A stretch of DNA of 64,000 nucleotides from Leptolyngbyaceae cyanobacterium (GTDB taxonomy: Bacteria; Cyanobacteriota; Cyanobacteriia; Phormidesmidales; Phormidesmidaceae): the NCBI GenBank assembly GCA_965263355.1, contig CBDHHL010000049.1, forward strand, positions 32,001 through 96,000. Reading direction: 5' to 3'. Shown piece after piece: positions 43,601 through 53,700 of the stretch. The notes below the pieces were generated by a model that was not told the DNA's origin, ran no database searches, and saw only the letters and a list, made by a program, of their open reading frames with translations. Made by a program: the position numbers and the translations under genes. The stretch's first letter is position 1. Each line of letters opens with the position of its first letter.

Positions 43601-46600
43601 CTTCCCTGCGACCGGGGCAGGAAGATAGACAACAGATGCTCAACAGTTTAGCTCAGCTCTATGTTCTTGGGGCTAAGGTTAACTGGCCAGCAGTTTCTCC
43701 CAAGACTCAGGAGCCCCTGCCACCGCTGCCCACCTATCCCTTCCAGCGTCAGCGTTATTGGATTGATCCAGCTCCAGCAGGTAGTAGGGCAGTTGCAAAA
43801 CAAAATTCCGCTAAGAGTCATCCCCTTCTAGGACAGCGACTGCGGATGGCAGGTCAGGCCAGTCGTCAGTATGAGACCCAGATTAAAGCATCATTCCCTG
43901 ACTACTTGTATGACCATCAGGTATTTGACCAGGTGATCATGCCCGCTACGGGCTTTATTGAAATGTCCCTGATGGCGGGGGCAAAAATGTTCAAGGGGGC
44001 TGCCCTGCAACTGTTACAGATGAGTGTGGAACGAGGCTTGTTGCTTAGCCATGAACAATGGACCACCCTGCAAACCCTGGTCACTAAAGGTGAGACCATC
44101 GACGATCAAACTGTACAACAAGTAGAGCTATACTCCCTGGATGGTGCAGACGAGTCCATGGCTGAGGAGGACGAGCCCATCTGGTGCCGTCATTGTGTGG
44201 CCCAGGTCGTTCCCCTCCAAGTATCTGAACAGCCTGTGGTGGATTTAACTACATATCAGCAACAGTGCTCAGAAGAAATTTCTGTAGAAGATCATTACAA
44301 TCTTTGCAGTCAGCGCGGCCTTAATTATGGCAACACTTTTCAAGGGATAGAACAACTGTGGCAGGGAGAGAATCAGGTGCTGGCCAAGCTACGATTACCT
44401 ACCCACCTGGTCACAGCCGCTGACTTTGCCCACTATCAGATTCACCCAGCTCTATTGGATGCCGCGTTCCAGACATTGGTCCATGCCATTGATGCCACTG
44501 ATAATCACACCTATTTACCCATCACTCTAGAACAGTTGAACTTTTATCAATCTCCTGGTGGAACAGTATGGGTCGTGGGTTCTGTAGACCAGAAAGGTCA
44601 GGGCATTATTGGCCAGCTAAAGCTAGTGGACAGTCAGGGACGGGTATGTGCCGAACTCAAGGGACTTCGGGTGATTCAGACCACCGCTCAGGTGCTGATG
44701 CAACAACTCCAGCCCAAGGTACAGGACAAACTCTATCAGGTGAGCTGGCAGTCACAGTCCCTGACTGATAAAAGCTTTGATAGAACAGAGGCTACTAGGG
44801 TAGAAGCGTCCGAACCTTGGTTACTACTAGCTACTCCAGCAATGGATCGTACGGGCTTAACAGACGCCTTTACCCAGGCTGGTCAGTCTTGCATTTGGGT
44901 GATACCTGGCAGCACCTACTATCAGTTGGACAAAAAGCTATACCAGGTATCTGCCAGGACTGAGGATTTAGTCAGTCTGTTGCAGGCTGTACCCAATGCC
45001 CGAGGAATTGTCTATCTGTGGTCTCTGGATAGCAATGAGGTCCACGGCGACACCCTGGCGTCTCTGGATATGACGGCGTGGTCTCAGCATCAGGGCTGCG
45101 GTCCCGTGTTAGCTCTAGTGCAGGTCCTGGTGGCTTCTGACTTAGAACAACTACCTCCGCTATATCTGGTGACCCAGGGCACCCAGGCAGTAGAGAGCGC
45201 TGATGAGGTGATCTTCCCTCTCCAGGCTACGGTGTGGGGACTGGGTCAAGTAATTACCCTAGAACATCCCGAACTTAACTGTCGCCGTATTGATCTGGCC
45301 CCTGAGTTAAGGACGGGTATGCAGTCCCAGACATTGGTTAGAGAACTGTCACAAGGTCAGACGGACAACCAGGTGGCTTATCGCCATGGCGAACGGTTTG
45401 TGCCCAGACTGTTGCGACAACAGCAAGTGAACGCACAACGACAACAGCAGCAAGTTATCGTACCCACCGATGTCCCCTTCCAACTGAAGTTGTCGGATTA
45501 CGGTCTAATCGATAATCTCCACCTGCAACTCATGGAGCGCCTTGTGCCCCAAGCCCAACAGGTGGAGATTGAAGTGATCAGCGTGGGTCTTAATTTCCGA
45601 GATGTGCTCAATGCCCTGGGTTTACTTCAGGAGTATTATCGTGAAGCCTTTGGCATCGAGCAGGCTAGTCAACTCACCTTTGGCTTTGAATGTACCGGAC
45701 GTATTGCCCGAGTAGGAGATGGTGTGGAGCAGTGGCAGGTAGGGGATGAGGTGATGGCTACCCTCTTGTTGGATGGCTTTAGCAGTTATCTCACTCTGGA
45801 TGCCAGTCAGGTTATGGCTAAGCCAACAACCATGACCTTTGATCAGGCAGCCACCCTGCCACTGAGTTTCTTGACGGCCTACTACAGTCTGGTGGAACTG
45901 GCCAAGTTACAGCCGGGAGAGAGAGTTCTGATTCACTCGGCTGCAGGGGGTGTGGGTCAGGCGGCGGTGCAGATCGCCCAGGCCATCGGTGCGGAAATCT
46001 ATGCTACAGCCAGCCCCGGCAAATGGGATACCCTGAAGCAAATGGGTATCAATCATGTGATGAATTCGCGCACCCTAGAATTTGCTGAGGAGATTCTCAA
46101 GACTACTAACGGACAAGGGGTGAGTGTGGTCCTTAATAGCTTTAATGGTGACTTTATTGACAAGAGTTTTGACGTTCTAAAACAGAACGGACGGTTTGTG
46201 GAAATTGGCAAACTGGGCATCTGGTCCGCTGAACACGCCAACCAAGTTCGACCGGATGCAGCCTATTTCCCCTTTGATTTAGGAGAAGTCGCTAGCCAAG
46301 ATCCTAACATTATTGCCACCATGGCCCAGTCCCTTGACCAACACTGGGAAGAGGGTACCTTATCTGCTTTACCCCACAGAGTGTTTGCGGTGGAGGAGAT
46401 TAAGGATGCCTTCCGGTTTATGCAGCAGGCTAAGCATGTGGGTAAAGTGGTTGTGCGCTGGCAGCCCCAGGCACAGACGCTGACCTTAAAGCCTGATGCC
46501 ACCTATCTAATTACGGGAGGGCTGGGGGCATTGGGTCTACATACCGCCCAGGGCCTGGTGAATCAGGGGGCTAAGCATCTGGTGCTGATGGGTCGGCGGG

Positions 46601-47724
46601 ATCCCTCGCAACAGGTCCAACAAACCCTGGATGAATTGTTGTTGCAGGGAACCAAAGTCTATCCAGTACGGGGGGATGTCACCAAGCTAGACGATGTGCG
46701 GCGGATTGTGGATTACATTCATCAGGAGTTACCTCCACTCAAAGGGGTTATCCATGCCGCCGGACGATTAGACGATGGTCTGTTGCACGGTCTCGATTGG
46801 CCCCGATTTGAAGCGGTTTTAGCTCCTAAAGTAACCGGCACCTGGAACTTGCATCAGGTCACCCAGCAACAATCTCTCGATTTCTTTGTCTGTTTCTCGT
46901 CGGTGGCTTCCCTGTTAGGCTCTCCAGGTCAGGGTAACTATGCTGCGGCCAATGCCTTTATGGATAGCTTGATGCAGTGGCGACGTCGTCAGGGTCTTCC
47001 CGGTGTGAGTATTAACTGGGGGCCCTGGGCAGATGGGGGCATGGCAGCTCAGCTCAGCGATAAACAACAGGCGCGGGTCCAGGCCAATGGCATCAGTCCA
47101 TTAACCACACAACAGGGCTTAATGGCACTTAGTCAGGTAGCCATGGGTAACGCTGCTCAGGTGGGCGTATTTGACATTAATTGGCACGGATTTTTGGCCC
47201 AGTTTGGGCGACAACCTATCCCCGATTTCTTTGATGCCTTTATGGGCCAAAAACAACAGCCGGAAGCGTCAGGACCACCTCCCCTGCTTCTGCAGCTAGA
47301 AGCGGCCCCCATTGCCGAGAGAACGGAGCTGTTGACGGAGTTGTTGCGAGGACAGGTGGCCAAGGTATTGGGGTTGAAGGAACCCCTGGCCATTGATGTG
47401 CGTCAACCTCTATTTGATTTGGGCCTGGATTCTCTGATGGCGGTGGAGCTAAAAAAACAATTGGAGACCAGTTTGGATATTTCGGTAGGGACCACCCTGC
47501 TGTTTGACTACCCTTCCATTGAAGCGTTGACGGAGTACCTCACCGATGCAGAGAGACTGCCCATAGAGTTTGTCGAAGTTGGTGCCCCGTCGAATGAAGG
47601 ACTCGGTTCCATGGCCTCTCCAGAAGAGGTGGAAAAGGACACCCTGGAGGAGAGTTTAGGAGACCTTTCTGACCTGGAACTGGCCCAGTTATTAGCTGCA
47701 GAATTAGATTTGGAGAACGTATAG
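34621..47724 (+). CDS. Bimodular type I PKS: 2 x [KS-AT-DH-ER-KR-ACP]
   Basis: KS DTGCSSS/DTACSSS, HGTGT, GHLE; AT GHSVG with HGFH (malonyl-type); DH HxxxxxxxxP and HPALLD; ER LIHSAAGGVG; KR GGLGALG, LDD, YAAAN; ACP GLDSLM. All motifs occur twice. Confidence 0.95.
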   Translation: MAIESRVESIAIIGVGCRFPGAQNPQAFWQLLKDGVDAITEVPKSRWDVDEFYFSEPATQGKMSTRWGGFVEPIDRFDPGFFNISPREAEHMDPQQRLMLEVAWEALEDASIVPDSLAGSRTGVFVGVGSYDYHKILTREPENAGPYSGLGTSNCITASRVAYALDLKGPNLSVDTGCSSSLVATHYACQSLQSGESDLCMVGGVNVILSPAISVAFSQARMMSPTGRCKAFDASADGYVRGEGCGVVILKRLSDALEDCDRILAVIKGTAINQDGTTNGITAPNGLSQQTLIKEAIANAGHSPAQLAYIEAHGTGTPLGDPIEFKALKAVMKDRPEDYTCWVGSVKTNVGHLEAAAGMAGLIKVILSLHYDWIPPHLHLNELNPYISLKGTALDIPKQGQPWPDVADTRVAGVSGFSFGGTNCHLVIEEPPLTVLERSESSLKEQLLTLSAKDEDALQELAGHYIDYIRNHPSIHLAELCSAANHGRTHFESRLAISAHTTDEVADQLQTFVASGKTSGNIVSGQRKRKRGLKVAFLFTGQGSQYSQMGAELYEQESVFQDAIDCCSEVLNPLLEVSLQELLYGETNGEDESLLNQTRYTQPCLFAVEYALAQLWQSWGIEPMVVMGHSVGEYVAATVAGVFSLADGLRLIAERGRLMQSLPSGGGMLSVLSSEAALASHLAHYDSKISIAAFNGPESTVLSGTLTAIESLAKDLTDAGIKVKRLKVSHGFHSPLMEPILEDFREIAGTIEYGVPKIKLISNLTGDIANPSIITPDYWVDHLRQPVNFAEGMNTLAEIKLDAYVEVGTKPILLGMGRQCIDFPENLWLPSLRPGQGDRPQLLNSLAHLYVRGAKVNWQTISPKLPQTIPSLPTYPFQRQRYWVDLDSPHTSRNQTLTNQQHSVHPLLGQAFQVAGHDTPYYETVISSVSPAYLGDHCVFEQVIVPATAFLEMVLAAAEQQFKQFPLCVESAQIKQGLLLTDQTTLQTTVHSQNGESCTVAVYSRLTQGNWQKHIAAQISLTDDRAASLDLAQYQTACGTEVTVAEHYVRCGERGLNYGDCFQGITQLWRGDSQAIAQVQLPASLLTDETLADYLIHPALLDAAFQVLTHAIDGNDRRTYLPISLEKLTLYRRPTGTVWALGEVSRGRRLRGTLTLMDSSGEIFARLEGLRVIPVTMKSLLRRLQPNGVDENLYQLTWVQKELQFSAAEVVRSHAPSPQQPPWLLFLNQNTPASQQLSTALVQKLTEAGHPSIRVLLGTKYAQLDEHCYQIRANHRNDLAQLLETIPTVQGIAYLWGTSDSHQPWQIDQAQNCGTLIALVQELAHSRTPEKYPLWVVTRGTQSIASAADVTQPQQASLWGLGRVITLEHPELQCRYIDLEAETGPKTCGQLLVQELLASQGDDNSDIAEQQIAYRFAYRQQQRYVARLERHAITPLDESNEAFQLRLSDYGLIDNLHLSSLERRTPNADEVEIAVDTVGLNFRDVLNTLGLLKDYYKDTFGIESADQLTFGFECAGRISTVGADVTHWQVGDEVIATLLMDGFSCYITVNEQQVMAKPSTMTSAEAATLPLSYLTAYYGLVSLAQLKPGDTVLIHSAAGGVGQAAVQIAQHIGAEIYATASQGKWSALRAMGIDHVMDSRSLDFAEQILDQTGGQGVDVVLNSFNGDYIPRTLNCLATNGRFVEIGKLGIWSTESMAEARVDVAYYPFDLGEVATQEPETLAALIQDLSKAWESGVLKALPYKEFERENIQDAFRFMQQTRHVGKVVIQWKQPTVTPVEITAEGSYLITGGLGALGLEVAKGLVERGARHLALMGRRGPKSAAEKVIAALEKQGAVIALVQADVSNADDIERAFQQVAQELPPLKGIVHGAGLLDDGLLYQMDWAQMERVMAPKVAGSWYLHQQSQTLDLDFFVCFSSMAALLGSPGQGNYAAANAFMDGLMDYRRGQGLPGQSIHWGPWGEIGMAAQLSAPQQQRLREGGLTPLNPQAGIQTLFDLIQNRSANTAVLPIEWSAFLSQFSSVPTVFNTIAPKRQHQPVIKQQQQLSPVVQQLQTLSTEERRNFLIDLLRSQVAKVVGRTDPKRIGMRQSLFDLGLDSLMAIELKSQLESNLQISVGNTLLFDYPTIESLVDYLLSDSQLATYFERKPQAVALSQKNLSAVPDIGDTEPIAIVGMSCRFPGGVTSPEEFWQLLYQGIDGISVVPKSRWNIDEYYDADPDAPGKIVTRFGGFVSNAENFDAGFFGIAPREAESLDPQQRLLLEVSWEALERAHQVPESLFNSLTGVFIGICSNDYTDRLAQVDTPQAYWGTGNALSVAAGRLSYVLGLTGPSMSVDTACSSSLVSLHLACQSLRQGECNLALAGGVNLLLSPGQSVVFSQAGMLSPDGRCKTFDASANGYVRGEGCGILVLKRLSDAQRDGDNILAMVRGSAVNQDGPSGGLTVPNGPSQQSVIRQALANGGVTPTEVSYIEAHGTGTSLGDPIEVAALGEVFRDHGQANPLLIGSTKTNIGHLEGAAGVAGLMKVILQLQYKQIVPHLHFSDPNGYIDWDNLPVKVPTAATEWQPSQQNRIAGVSSFGFGGTNCHVVLQEAPTSGQQSEISISSQEGPYLLTLSAKSQAGLEAVAQRYSAYLQQSEVALAALSGVVNCDRTHFPHRLAILTDTTEELSRALGNIHADNIITGQATIDQTPTVAFLFTGQGSQYLHMGKELYAQESVFREAIDRCSDVLNQLLDIPLQSLLYPENNNNGYGAVLTERLNQTQYTQPVLFAFEYALAQLWLSWGIQPSVVMGHSVGEYVAATIAGVFSLDDGLRLIAERGRLMQSLPAGGGMLSVLASEKMLKPYLEEIESEADRVSIAAFNGPESIVLSGSWDHLTRLEDKLTKAGIKTKQLAVSHGFHSHLMDPILEEFRRVVDQATIHAPSLKLISNLTGEVANETIATADYWVNHIRQPVMFSKGMHTLSENAVDAYLEVGAKPILLGMGRQYVTTSEATWLPSLRPGQEDRQQMLNSLAQLYVLGAKVNWPAVSPKTQEPLPPLPTYPFQRQRYWIDPAPAGSRAVAKQNSAKSHPLLGQRLRMAGQASRQYETQIKASFPDYLYDHQVFDQVIMPATGFIEMSLMAGAKMFKGAALQLLQMSVERGLLLSHEQWTTLQTLVTKGETIDDQTVQQVELYSLDGADESMAEEDEPIWCRHCVAQVVPLQVSEQPVVDLTTYQQQCSEEISVEDHYNLCSQRGLNYGNTFQGIEQLWQGENQVLAKLRLPTHLVTAADFAHYQIHPALLDAAFQTLVHAIDATDNHTYLPITLEQLNFYQSPGGTVWVVGSVDQKGQGIIGQLKLVDSQGRVCAELKGLRVIQTTAQVLMQQLQPKVQDKLYQVSWQSQSLTDKSFDRTEATRVEASEPWLLLATPAMDRTGLTDAFTQAGQSCIWVIPGSTYYQLDKKLYQVSARTEDLVSLLQAVPNARGIVYLWSLDSNEVHGDTLASLDMTAWSQHQGCGPVLALVQVLVASDLEQLPPLYLVTQGTQAVESADEVIFPLQATVWGLGQVITLEHPELNCRRIDLAPELRTGMQSQTLVRELSQGQTDNQVAYRHGERFVPRLLRQQQVNAQRQQQQVIVPTDVPFQLKLSDYGLIDNLHLQLMERLVPQAQQVEIEVISVGLNFRDVLNALGLLQEYYREAFGIEQASQLTFGFECTGRIARVGDGVEQWQVGDEVMATLLLDGFSSYLTLDASQVMAKPTTMTFDQAATLPLSFLTAYYSLVELAKLQPGERVLIHSAAGGVGQAAVQIAQAIGAEIYATASPGKWDTLKQMGINHVMNSRTLEFAEEILKTTNGQGVSVVLNSFNGDFIDKSFDVLKQNGRFVEIGKLGIWSAEHANQVRPDAAYFPFDLGEVASQDPNIIATMAQSLDQHWEEGTLSALPHRVFAVEEIKDAFRFMQQAKHVGKVVVRWQPQAQTLTLKPDATYLITGGLGALGLHTAQGLVNQGAKHLVLMGRRDPSQQVQQTLDELLLQGTKVYPVRGDVTKLDDVRRIVDYIHQELPPLKGVIHAAGRLDDGLLHGLDWPRFEAVLAPKVTGTWNLHQVTQQQSLDFFVCFSSVASLLGSPGQGNYAAANAFMDSLMQWRRRQGLPGVSINWGPWADGGMAAQLSDKQQARVQANGISPLTTQQGLMALSQVAMGNAAQVGVFDINWHGFLAQFGRQPIPDFFDAFMGQKQQPEASGPPPLLLQLEAAPIAERTELLTELLRGQVAKVLGLKEPLAIDVRQPLFDLGLDSLMAVELKKQLETSLDISVGTTLLFDYPSIEALTEYLTDAERLPIEFVEVGAPSNEGLGSMASPEEVEKDTLEESLGDLSDLELAQLLAAELDLENV

Positions 47725-47726
47725 TC

Positions 47727-50700
47727 ATGAGTCAGGTAATAAAGTCTAACAACGTATCATCATCCCAATCTAACGGAGCTAACGGCAATGGGGCCGCCAA
47801 TAATGGGGTGGACTACGGTGCTCTGATGAAAAAAGCCTTAGTAGAATTGCGGGAAACCAAGGCCAAACTCAAAGCTCTGGAGAAACGGGCAAATGAAGCG
47901 ATCGCAATCATTGGCATGGGCTGTCGATTTCCTGGCGGTGTCACCTCTCCAGAAGCATTCTGGCAATTGCTGAGTCAGGGGGTAGACGCCATTACCGAAG
48001 TGCCCAGCAACCGCTGGAGTATAGATGATGTGTACGATCCTGACCCCGAAACCCTGGGTAAAGTGGTCACCCGTTACGGGGGCTTTATTGACGAAGTCGA
48101 AACCTTTGATGCCAGATTCTTCGGCATTTCTCCCCGCGAGGTCCACAGCCTCGACCCCCAGCAGCGATTGTTGCTAGAGGTAGCCTGGGAAGCTTTGGAG
48201 GCAGCCTACTGTCTCCCTGAGCGTTTGTTTAATACTCCGACAGGTGTGTTTATTGGCATTTGCAACAACGACTACGGCAATCGTCTAGGGGCTACCGAAC
48301 TCCCTGAAGCCTACTGGGGTACGGGCAATGCCCTCAGCGTAGCGGCGGGGCGTCTGTCCTATGCTCTGGGGCTAACGGGGCCTAGCTTAGCAGTGGATAC
48401 GGCCTGTTCGTCTTCGCTAGTGTCAGTGCATTTGGCCTGTCAGAGTTTGCGCCAGGGAGAATGTAATGTGGCCCTGGCCGGTGGCGTCAACCTGTTACTG
48501 GCCCCTGGTCAAAGCATGATCTTTTCCCAAGCAGGCATGTTGGCCCCAGATGGACGTTGTAAAACATTTGACGCCAATGCCAATGGCTATGTACGGGGTG
48601 AGGGCTGCGGCATCATTATGCTGAAGCGACTGTCGGATGCTGAACAAGATGGGGATATTATTCTCGCCACCATTCGCGGCAGTGCAGTGAATCAGGATGG
48701 CCCCAGTGGTGGTCTAACGGTGCCCAATGGCCCCTCACAACAAACCGTGATTCGTCAGGCGCTGAAACAGGGTAATGTGAAGCCGGAACAGGTGAGTTAC
48801 ATCGAAGCCCATGGCACAGGTACCAGCCTGGGAGACCCCATCGAAGTGGCGGCTCTGGGTGAAGTCTTTAAAGAGCGCAGACAGAACAATCCGTTACTGA
48901 TCGGCTCTGCCAAGACAAACATTGGTCATTTGGAAGGGGCGGCGGGCATTGCCGGGTTGATGAAGGTGGTGCTTCAGCTACAGCATCGTCAGATTCCCCC
49001 CCATCTCCATTTCAACGAGCCCAATCCTTTTATTAACTGGGCTGAACTACCGGTAACAGTGGCCAACGATGGCACTGACTGGCAGCCCAACCAAGAAACC
49101 TGTATTGCTGGGGTAAGTTCTTTCGGCTTTAGTGGTACCAACTGTCACATTGTTCTCGAAGAGGCCATAAATCCTGTTGAGCCCAAGGAATCAGGAGAGG
49201 TAGAGATTCCCCAACGACCGATCCAGCTGCTTACCTTATCTGCAAAGTCACCTAAGGCGTTGCACGGACTAATAGCAGACTACAGCAGTTATATGGCCCA
49301 GGGAGATGTAGATTTAGCTAGTCTCTGTGCTGCTGCGAACACCGGTCGTACTCACTTTAACCATCGTCTGGTGATTTTGACGCAGGATAGCGTAGACCTA
49401 CAGCTCACCTTGGAGGCTTTTCAGGTCAGTGAGTCCATTGATGGGTTGGACTGTCCAGGAGCGATCATCGGTCATGTCAAAGGTAACCGGGTGCCTAAGG
49501 TGGCGTTTTTGTTTACCGGTCAAGGTGCCCAGTACATCAATATGGGTCGGGAGCTTTACCAAACCGAGCCCGTATTTCGTAAGTACCTAGATCGCTGCGC
49601 CCAGGGTCTGGAAGGAATTTTAGACTTGCCCCTGTTGGCACTGTTGTATCCTGAACTGTCGCAGGATCAGACTAATGACAACAGTGCTGAAACCATAGCG
49701 GAGCGCATTCACCAGACCGCCTACGCTCAACCCTGTTTGTTTGCGGTGGAGTATGCCCTAGCGCAACTGTGGTTTTCCTGGGGCATTAAACCCACCGTGG
49801 TTATGGGGCATAGCGTGGGCGAATATGTGGCGGCTACCCTGGCAGGTGTTTTTAGTCTGGAAGATGGTCTAAGGTTAATCACCGAGCGGGGGCGCTTGAT
49901 GCAATCTTTGCCCAGTGGTGGTGGCATGCTCTCTGTGCTGGCATCTGAGGAGATTCTTAAGCCCTATTTAGAAGAGATTAAGGGTGAAGAGGGTGAGAGT
50001 GAAGGGGGTACTATTGCTGCCGTCAATGGACCGGAAAGTACTGTAGTCTCTGGTTCTTTGGCTATTCTGGCTTGCTTAGCTAAGCGATTAAATGACGCTG
50101 ATATTAAGGTTAAACATCTCAATGTTTCCCATGGCTTCCATTCTCCAATGATGGAGCCGATTTTAAGTAAGTTTAAGGCATTTGCTCAACAGATTACATA
50201 TCATACCCCTTCCCTCAAGCTAGTATCCAACGTCACGGGGCAGCTTGCCGATAACAGTATTGCCTCTGCGGACTACTGGACTAATCATATTCGTCAGCCG
50301 GTGCAGTTTGCTCAGGGCATGGAGAGCCTGGTGAAGGCTAACATCGATACCTTTATTGAAATTGGCCCCAAACCTGTTCTACTGGGCATGGCTCGCCAGT
50401 TTGTTGCAGAAGGTATCTGGTTGCCCTCACTACAGCCTAAGGTAGCTGACGCCCATGGCAGCGAGTATTATCCTCTGCTCACCAGTTTGGCTCAGCTGCA
50501 TGTGGCAGGTTATCCCATTGCCTGGGATAACCTTGCTGCTCAAGGGCTACCGCTGCCTCGTCCCTTGCCCACCTATCCGTTCCAGCGCCAGCGATTCTGG
50601 GTGGATCCGGTATCACTGACGGGACATCAGCCTACGATATTAGCTAATTACAGTACGTTAGAAGATCAAGAAGAGATTGAGGAAAACGTTAAGACATTTC

Positions 50701-53700
50701 CCTTGCTCCACCAGCTTAGTGCTGTGTCGGTGGACGAGCGGAGTAATGTTCTCATCGCCAGTCTACAGACCCAGGTAGCAAGAATTATGGGAATGGACAG
50801 CCCCGATGAGGTAGATATTCACCAGTCCCTGACGGAATTGGGGCTGGATTCTCTAATGGGTGTAGAACTTAAGAATCGTTTGGAGTCTGCCTTGAATCTT
50901 TCCTTGCCGACGACCATTCTGTTCCAACATCCTGATATTGCAAGTCTTAGCAATCATTTAACCATAGAGTTTTTAGGTGCCGAGATTCTAGAACTGAATG
51001 GGAATTCTGCGACTAGTGCCCATATTATTCCTGTAGCGGATCGCACCCAATCCCTACCCCTATCCTACGCTCAGCAGCGCATGTGGGTCCTAGCCCAGCT
51101 AGAAGCCCTGGATGCCGCCTATCATCTGCCAGCAGCGATCAAACTCATCGGGGATTTGAATTATGGAGCCCTGGAAAAGTCTTTGACCCTGATCATAGAA
51201 CGCCACGAGAGTTTAAGAACGGTTTTTGTGGTTAGTGCGAGCGGTGAACTGGAACAACAGATCAAGGATGACGTTGTGGTTACGTTACCTATCGTCGACT
51301 TACAAGAGTTGGTACCTGCAGCCCAAACGGAAGTATTTAATCGACTATCGGACGAGAACGATGCTGCCTTTGACCTGACCACCGGACCTCTGTTCCGTCT
51401 TAAGCTGATTTGCCTGCAGCCCCAGGAACACATTCTGCTACTAAACTTCCACCATATTGTCTTTGATGGCTGGTCCAGTGGAGTGTTGATCCAGGAGTTT
51501 CGCGAGGTATATGGTGCCCTGGTGCAGGGAGAGTCTCCGCAACTGCCAGAGCTAACCGTCCAATATGCTGACTTTGTGCAATGGCAACGGCAACAGCTTC
51601 AGGGTCCAGTACTCAGTCAACACCTGGAGTACTGGACCCTGCAGCTAGCAGATGCTCCTCCCCTGCTAGAGCTACCCACAGACCGCCCCCGCCCCACTGT
51701 TCAAACTGTCAATGGAGCAATCTTTAACCAATCCTTATCGGACGAACTGTCCCAAAAGCTGCGCCAACTCAGCCAGTCAACAGCCAAAACCCTCTATATG
51801 ACCCTGTTGACTGGTTTTACTATTCTGCTTCATCGCTACAGTGGCCAAACCGATATCAGTATCGGCTCTCCCATTGCCAATCGTCCCCACCAGAAGCTGG
51901 AAGGGCTGATCGGCCTGTTCCTCAACACCCTTGTGCTACGCACTGATCTCTCTGGTAATCCCTCCGTAGCAGAGTTGTTAGAACGGGTGGAGAAAGTCGC
52001 CCTTGGTGCTTATGACCACCAGGATGTGCCCTTTGAGTATCTGATTGACCAGCTCAAGCCGGAGCGGCATAGGGATCATTCCCTATGGTTCCAGGTAATG
52101 TTTATTTTGCAAAACACGCCCCAACAGTCTCTGGGGGCTGCCAATGTAGACATGGCCTATCTGGAGCTCAAGAAAGCGGTCGCCAAGTTTGACATCACCC
52201 TTTCGGTAAAGGAACACGATACGGGTCTACAGTTGGAGTGGGAGTACAACACCGATCTATTTGACGCCAGTACCATTGAGCGCATGGCTCACCATTACGA
52301 GCGGGTGCTTGATGCCATGGTGGCGGATCTCCAACAGCCCATTGCCACCCTGCCTTTGTTATCTATAAAAGAACAGGCATCGCTGCTCTCTTTACCACAG
52401 AGTGACCTAGCTGTTTCCCCCGAAATCACCATCCACAGTCTGATTGAAGCCCAGGTTTATCAATCTCCTGATGCGATCGCACTACAATGGGAACACACCA
52501 CCCTCACCTACGCTGACCTCAACCAACAGGCCAATCAGCTAGCCCATCATTTAATTGAGCTAGGAGTGACCCCCGATACCCTATTGGGTCTGTGCATCGA
52601 ACGCTCGCCCCAGATGATTATCGCAGTGCTGGGGATTTTGAAGGCGGGGGCGGCCTATGTACCCCTGGACCCCACCTATCCCCAGGAGAGAATTGACTAC
52701 ATTGTGGCGGATGCCAGTATCGATATGGTGGTCACCACCGCCAATCTGGAAACTGTTATCGGTGCTAAGGCTCAGCGAGTCTATCTAGACAGCCAATGGG
52801 CAACCATTGCTCAGCAGCCCATCCAGAACCCAGATGTAACTGTCGCAGGGCAACATCTGGCCTATGCCATTTATACGTCGGGATCTACCGGCAAACCCAA
52901 GGGTGTATTGATTGAGCATGGTTCCTTGGTGAACTTTGTCCAGGGGGCTATTCAAGACTATGGGTTCACCGCTGAGGACCGAGTGCTGCAGTTTGCCTCC
53001 ATTAGCTTTGATACGGCAGCTGAGGAGATTTATCCCACCCTGGTGAGCGGGGCCACATTGGTGTTGCGTAATGATGCTAGTGCTAGTGGTGTCCAGGCTT
53101 TATGGCAACAGTGTCAAGACTGGCAACTGACGGTGTTGGACCTGCCGACGGCCTATTGGCAACAGTTAGTTGTGGACTGTGAACGGACCCACCAAACCTT
53201 CCCTAAAGATCTACGTCTAATCATCATCGGTGGCGAAAAAGTCTCCGTAGAAAGCGTCCGTCTGTGGCAACAGCTAGGTCACGGTGCTACTCCCCGCCTA
53301 CTCAACACCTATGGCCCCACAGAAACCACTGTCGTCGCCACCCTTTACGAAATTCCCAACAGTCCTACAGCAATGCTGGGTCAGGAAATCCCCATCGGTA
53401 AACCCCTACCCAATATTTTCACTTGCGTCTTAGACGCCCAGGAACAACTAGTGCCCGTCGGTGTCCCTGGCGAGCTGTACATTGGTGGCCCCGGTGTGGC
53501 TCGTGGCTACCTCAATCAGCCCGAGAAAACCGCAGCAAGCTTTATTCCTAACCTTCTACTCTCCCCCTCTCCTACTCTCCCCCTCTCCCCCACCCTTTAC
53601 AAAACCGGCGACCGAGTGAAGCGTCTGGCCAACGGCAACCTCGAATACCTGGGCCGTCTGGACCATCAGGTAAAAATTCGTGGCTTCCGTATCGAGCTAG

